The translations under genes and the position numbers were made by a program. The notes beneath the pieces were generated by a model. The model was given only the letters and a program-made list of their open reading frames with translations. It was not told the origin of the DNA and did no database searches. From an uncultured delta proteobacterium (GTDB lineage: Bacteria; Desulfobacterota; Binatia; UBA9968), in assembly GCA_963816145.1 (NCBI GenBank), contig CAWFJP010000028.1, positions 1 through 12,335 on the forward strand: DNA of 12,335 bases. The letters are read 5' to 3'. Shown here piece after piece: positions 9,221 to 12,335 of the stretch (its first letter is position 1; the number at the start of each line of letters is the position of its first letter).

Positions 9221-9670
9221 CTGAACGCACAGAGCTGCATTATCAAACTAAAAATTCAGATTTAGAAACTTGGTGGAGGCAGTGAGACAGCGTAAAGAAC
9301 CGCTTCTACAAGTGTCCTTCACTCTGAGTTGAAAAGTCGGCACAGCTATCCGATCGTTCCGGGCGAGACCCCACCCTATCGAATCCCGCTGCACATAGCA
9401 CCTAAAACTCATACAATTCAAATTGTTATATACATGCAACACCACCGTAAAAACAACACTTGAAGACAGCGATATCAATCAGTGCGCGAGCCCTGACACC
9501 GAAGTATAAGATGCAACGGTTAAATCTCGCGGATTTGTTAGATCGCTTGTAAATAAAGACTTTGAATCCTGGGCCAAAGAGAGTTCCGGCATGCTTGTTT
9601 TTTTATGTCGCCGAAGTCATATCGCTAACACCGACGGTAATGCAATTCCCAACATACCTCCTCTAATGTC

Positions 9671-9960
9671 GATGCGGCCGTACCGGTCAGTGCTCTCGTA
9701 GGTAGCCGTGACGATTTTTCCAACACAGAGATCGCAGAGCGCTTCTCTCGCTTAGATGCCGTAAGTCTGGCGCCGCTCGGGCGCGTCAATTTCAGCGAGA
9801 CGGATGCGCACTTGTTTTTTCTCCTCGGTGAGTATGGGGAGCGTGTCGCCGTCGGCGATAGCGACGAAGCGGCCAGCGAGTTGGCGCACCTCAGCGTCGA
9901 TTACTCGTAACGGGAGAAACGGCCAGCAGACAAAACAAACACAAGACCAGCTTTGGTCAT
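9671..9960 (-). pseudogene. Thermonuclease (SNase-like) gene remnant
   Basis: [12 protein letters not shown]...[45 protein letters not shown] shows the DGDT, RLxxIDAPE and DRYGR motifs. In-frame TAA at 9752-9754; similarity is lost after DRYGR. Confidence 0.85.
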
Positions 9961-10395
9961 CGCCTGGAAATAGCAGTCGCGTCGGTTTCTGAAAAGAGTT
10001 GAAGAGGGGGGGGTTTAGGCATTTTGACAACTGAAGCGATCGCAAGACAAACGTTTCGCGCACAATTGGCTTATAACGAACGCTAGCGAGTTGAGCCTTG
10101 ATCGAATGACTAGGGACTCTGTCGGCGGGACAGTTCTCTTATTCCTTGTAGGTATTTCTCTTTGAGAAAATCGACGGCTAATTTTTCATCGATACTTTTT
10201 CGGTTTCGAGCGCCGTTGCTTTGGATTCTTCGAGTCGGTCAGAACCTGATTGGTGCTCGTCGGGTTTTCAGAGCCCGGCATGGTTCACCTTCCCATCGAT
10301 CATGAGTCTGCCAAACATCAGAACATTCCGGGGACACTTTGACCCTATGGGCTGTTTGCGACATCTATCTAGACATAGGGGGCTTCCTGCTCCAA

Positions 10396-10430
10396 GACCA
10401 GAAGTCAGAGATTAGGTATCGGAAGTCTGC
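10396..10430. repeat. Degenerate heptamer array (AGTCAGA-like)
   Basis: GACCAGA AGTCAGA GATTAGG TATCGGA AGTCTGC. Confidence 0.5.
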
Positions 10431-10440
10431 GTAACGCATG

Positions 10441-10489
10441 GAATTTCGGATTTCGAACGTCGGATTTCGGATTTTCAATTTCGGATTTA
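10441..10489. repeat. Seven-unit heptamer tandem array, consensus GGATTTC
   Basis: GAATTTC GGATTTC GAACGTC GGATTTC GGATTTT CAATTTC GGATTTA. Confidence 0.85.
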
Positions 10490-10509
10490 TGGATCCAACC
10501 CGAAAAGAC

Positions 10510-10560
10510 TTCACCGCAGAGAACGCTGAGGGCACTGACTAAACTGCTAAGGGCTAAGAG
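10510..10560. repeat. Short degenerate nonamer run followed by a heptamer doublet
   Basis: TTCAC CGCAGAGAA CGCTGAGGG CACTGACTA, then GCTAAGG GCTAAGA. Confidence 0.45.
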
Positions 10561-10602
10561 CGACACCGCCGGGTTTGAGTCTTCGAAATGAGATCTGCCA
10601 GT

Positions 10603-10974
10603 TTACGACTGAGATACCGGGACTGCTCTCTGGACCCAGATTGCAATGTTTCGGCAAATACGGCGTAACCTATCGGCATTGATCTCGCCAATTGCTCCCA
10701 ATAAGACATCCGCTCCCACGACGGCTAATCGTCCGACGCGTATAACACTGGCAGATTTAAGCCCAGAAATTTGGAAGTCGCCTTCCGTCGGCTCCAAGAT
10801 TTCGTCGAATCCTTCGACGGCGTGTTGAAGCTGAGTAGAAATCATCGCAATAAGCCAGTCTTCGTAAGGTCCCGGCACAGGAGCGAGAAGGAGAACTGGG
10901 CGGGGTTTACCCGGAGTTAAATCCGTGTGAGGGAATCGCAACAGAGCGATTTGTCCCGCTTGCCTCACCGCCAC
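10603..10974 (-). CDS. Type II toxin, PemK/MazF family endoribonuclease
   Basis: GQIALLRFPHTDLTPGKPRPVLLL, IAMIST, GLKSASVIRVGRL and IGEI match the PemK/MazF pattern. The start may be the GTG at 10968 (GTGA overlap with the upstream stop). Confidence 0.88.
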   Translation of the reverse strand: MAVRQAGQIALLRFPHTDLTPGKPRPVLLLAPVPGPYEDWLIAMISTQLQHAVEGFDEILEPTEGDFQISGLKSASVIRVGRLAVVGADVLLGAIGEINADRLRRICRNIAIWVQRAVPVSQS

Positions 10975-11177
10975 TTCTCCTTAAAATCTCCCTCGCTATA
11001 TTCCGGGCCTAGTTCGTCTTCTAATCCCCGCAGCGCCGCGTGCAATGATAATTCTGACCAGTCGGAGTCTTCTTGGCGAAGCTTAAGCGCAAGACGTTCG
11101 ACGAATTCTAGCACTTCGCGTTGCAACGGATCTGGCAGGGCCTTGACCTTTTGATAAATACGATCAACCGTTTCCAT
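10965..11177 (-). CDS. Putative antitoxin, DUF2281-like (70 aa)
   Basis: METVDRIYQKVKALPDPLQREVLEFVERL plus an acidic C-terminal tail; overlaps the toxin start. Start reassigned from 11354 to the ATG at 11177. Confidence 0.8.
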   Translation of the reverse strand: METVDRIYQKVKALPDPLQREVLEFVERLALKLRQEDSDWSELSLHAALRGLEDELGPEYSEGDFKEKWR

Positions 11178-11253
11178 GTTCAGTTTTCCCGACGAGGACC
11201 TCTTGAACTTTCTTCTACAGTAACATGAGAGACTACCATACCGCCAACCGCTT

Positions 11254-11426
11254 GGATTCGGGGGTTGGGATTCAGGTTTTGGGTGTCGGGTAATCGGGTT
11301 CGGGTCTTGGGTATGAGCCATCGTACCCACCGAAGTGTTCAGCCTACCGGGCACTCTTCAATCTAAAACCGAACACCCATCACCCATTACCCACAACCCG
11401 ACACCCAACACCTAAGACCCACACTC
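11254..11426. repeat. Inverted pair of ~9-unit heptamer arrays between the two divergent TA operons
   Basis: Left 11254-11316: GGATTCG GGGGTTG GGATTCA GGTTTTG GGTGTCG GGTAATC GGGTTCG GGTCTTG GGTATGA. Right 11364-11426: TAAAACC GAACACC CATCACC CATTACC CACAACC CGACACC CAACACC TAAGACC CACACTC. Spacer is 47 nt. Confidence 0.88.
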
Positions 11427-11498
11427 CCTGCCAGCACCACTGCACTCCACTTGCAGAGTATTCGCGCAGGCTTTCGCCGCGCCGCCCCATTGCCGTGC

Positions 11499-11527
11499 TT
11501 GGCTGACTATATAAATTGTTATATACT
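11499..11527 (+). promoter_or_regulatory. sigma70 promoter with overlapping palindromic operator for the higBA-like operon
   Basis: TTGGCT (11499-11504), 17 nt, TATACT (11522-11527); perfect inverted repeat TATATAA-attg-TTATATA (11508-11525). Confidence 0.75.
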
Positions 11528-11532
11528 TTCTC

Positions 11533-11847
11533 ATTGCCGAAAAACCGGTAATCTGGTTGGGTTAGGCGCTCGACGACGTTCGAGCCTTTCCCGATGAAGC
11601 CAGCGTAGCGCCGGGCATGAGATCCATCTCGTGCAAATCGGTTTGGAACCTAGCGATTGGAAGCCGATGTCGAGCGTGGGTCCTGGTGTTATGGAATTGC
11701 GCATTCATAGCCAACTTGAGCATCGAATTTTTACCTAGCCAAATTTGCCGAGGCGGTTTTCGTGATTCATGCGTTTCAGAAAAAAACGCGAAGCATGACA
11801 TAAACTTAGCCAAGCATCGATTAGCTGAAATGCTCCGGCAACGGTAG
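11533..11847 (+). pseudogene. HigB/RelE (Gp49-like) toxin pseudogene
   Basis: Reconstructed across frames: EKPVIWLG*ALDDVRAFPDEA / SAGHEIHLVQIGLEPSDWKPMSSVGPGVMELRIHSQLEHRIF / YLAKFAEAVFVIHAFQKKT / KHDINLAKHRLAEMLRQR. TAG at 11563-11565; frameshifts near 11602, 11730 and 11790. Confidence 0.88.
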
Positions 11848-11858
11848 GAGAAATTGTC

Positions 11859-12164
11859 ATGAAGATTAAAATGACTCGGTCCAGCGGCAATGTGTTTAAG
11901 GATCTGGGCTTCTCCGCCGAGGAAGCGGAGCATCTTAAGATCCGCTCCACTATGATGGCGCATCTGCGCGAACTTATCGCTAGTCGCGGTCTCACCCAGG
12001 CCGATGCCGCGGCCCTTCTCGGTGTCAGCCAACCGCGCGTCAGCGATCTTGTCCGAGGAAAAATCGATTTGTTTAGTATCGATACGTTGGTAGACATGCT
12101 GAATCACGCCGGAGTCAAGATTAAATTTACCTTAAGCGATAAATCGCGAAGCAGAGCAGCCTAG
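11859..12164 (+). CDS. XRE-family HTH antitoxin (HigA-like)
   Basis: SSGNVFKDLGF N-terminus, LTQADAAALLGVSQPRVSDLVRGKIDLFSIDTL helix-turn-helix; SD AGGAG; lies downstream of the toxin remnant. Confidence 0.93.
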   Translation: MKIKMTRSSGNVFKDLGFSAEEAEHLKIRSTMMAHLRELIASRGLTQADAAALLGVSQPRVSDLVRGKIDLFSIDTLVDMLNHAGVKIKFTLSDKSRSRAA

Positions 12165-12170
12165 CGGCGG

Positions 12171-12191
12171 GGTTCTAGGTTTTGGGTGGTA
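12171..12191. repeat. Three heptamer units of the same type as 11254-11316, just after the antitoxin stop
   Basis: GGTTCTA GGTTTTG GGTGGTA; shares AGGTTTTGGGTG exactly with 11274-11285. Confidence 0.65.
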
Positions 12192-12260
12192 GACAAACCT
12201 TGAAAAAATCAGACGCACAACATCGGCCGGCCAGGATCTGAACAAGATAGTCGGGTTGTC

Positions 12261-12291
12261 GAAGGCTGCCCCTAGAGGCCGACCTTCTTTT
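12261..12291 (+). terminator. Possible weak intrinsic terminator or REP-like hairpin
   Basis: GAAGGCTGCC-cctaga-GGCCGACCTTC followed by TTTT; imperfect stem. Confidence 0.35.
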
Positions 12292-12335
12292 GGAAGCGAT
12301 TTGCTATGAATGTAGACCTGACCCTCTGGGCCATC

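Noticed and set aside
9248-9670. 76-aa ORF 9248-9478 and other short frames in the AT-rich stretch
   Set aside because: No motifs, atypical composition and no convincing start signals.
10110-10281. Possible small frameshifted minus-strand gene (MPGSENPTST... / [29 protein letters not shown]) with an SD-like GAAGGTG
   Set aside because: Too short and unrecognisable to support without a homology search.
10343-10380. CCCTATG...CATAGGG inverted repeat
   Set aside because: Only 7-bp arms with a long loop and no U-tract; compatible with chance.
11178-11354. N-terminal extension of ORF 10965-11354 (QDPNPITRHPKPESQPPNP)
   Set aside because: It is a translation of the heptamer repeat; protein-like sequence begins at the ATG at 11177.
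10396-11426. Repeat arrays as a CRISPR array or integron attC sites
   Set aside because: There are no 23-47 nt conserved repeats with unique spacers, no cas or intI gene, and no attC core-site architecture that I can see.
11562-12107. 181-aa and 120-aa minus-strand ORFs
   Set aside because: They are antisense to the higB remnant and higA, which explain the region.

Overview
GC-rich bacterial chromosomal segment; the gene order resembles deltaproteobacterial-type genomes (inference). The left ~7 kb is a minus-strand housekeeping run: rpmE-prfA-prmC-murA-hisD-hisB-hisH-hisA. hisA runs off the window edge and carries a 1-nt frameshift, and hisG and hisC are absent from their usual positions. 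A divergent promoter region drives an uncharacterised AAA+ ATPase, followed by a decayed lipoprotein gene. From ~9.24 kb the DNA is visibly more AT-rich and accessory, with a thermonuclease pseudogene, an intact DUF2281-like/PemK-MazF toxin-antitoxin pair, and a HigBA-type pair whose toxin is destroyed but whose antitoxin and operator are intact. The most unusual signal is a set of degenerate 7-nt and 9-nt period tandem repeats of several sequence types. They sit at all four murA-his junctions and around both TA modules, and twice form long inverted-repeat hairpins (647-749 and 11254-11426).
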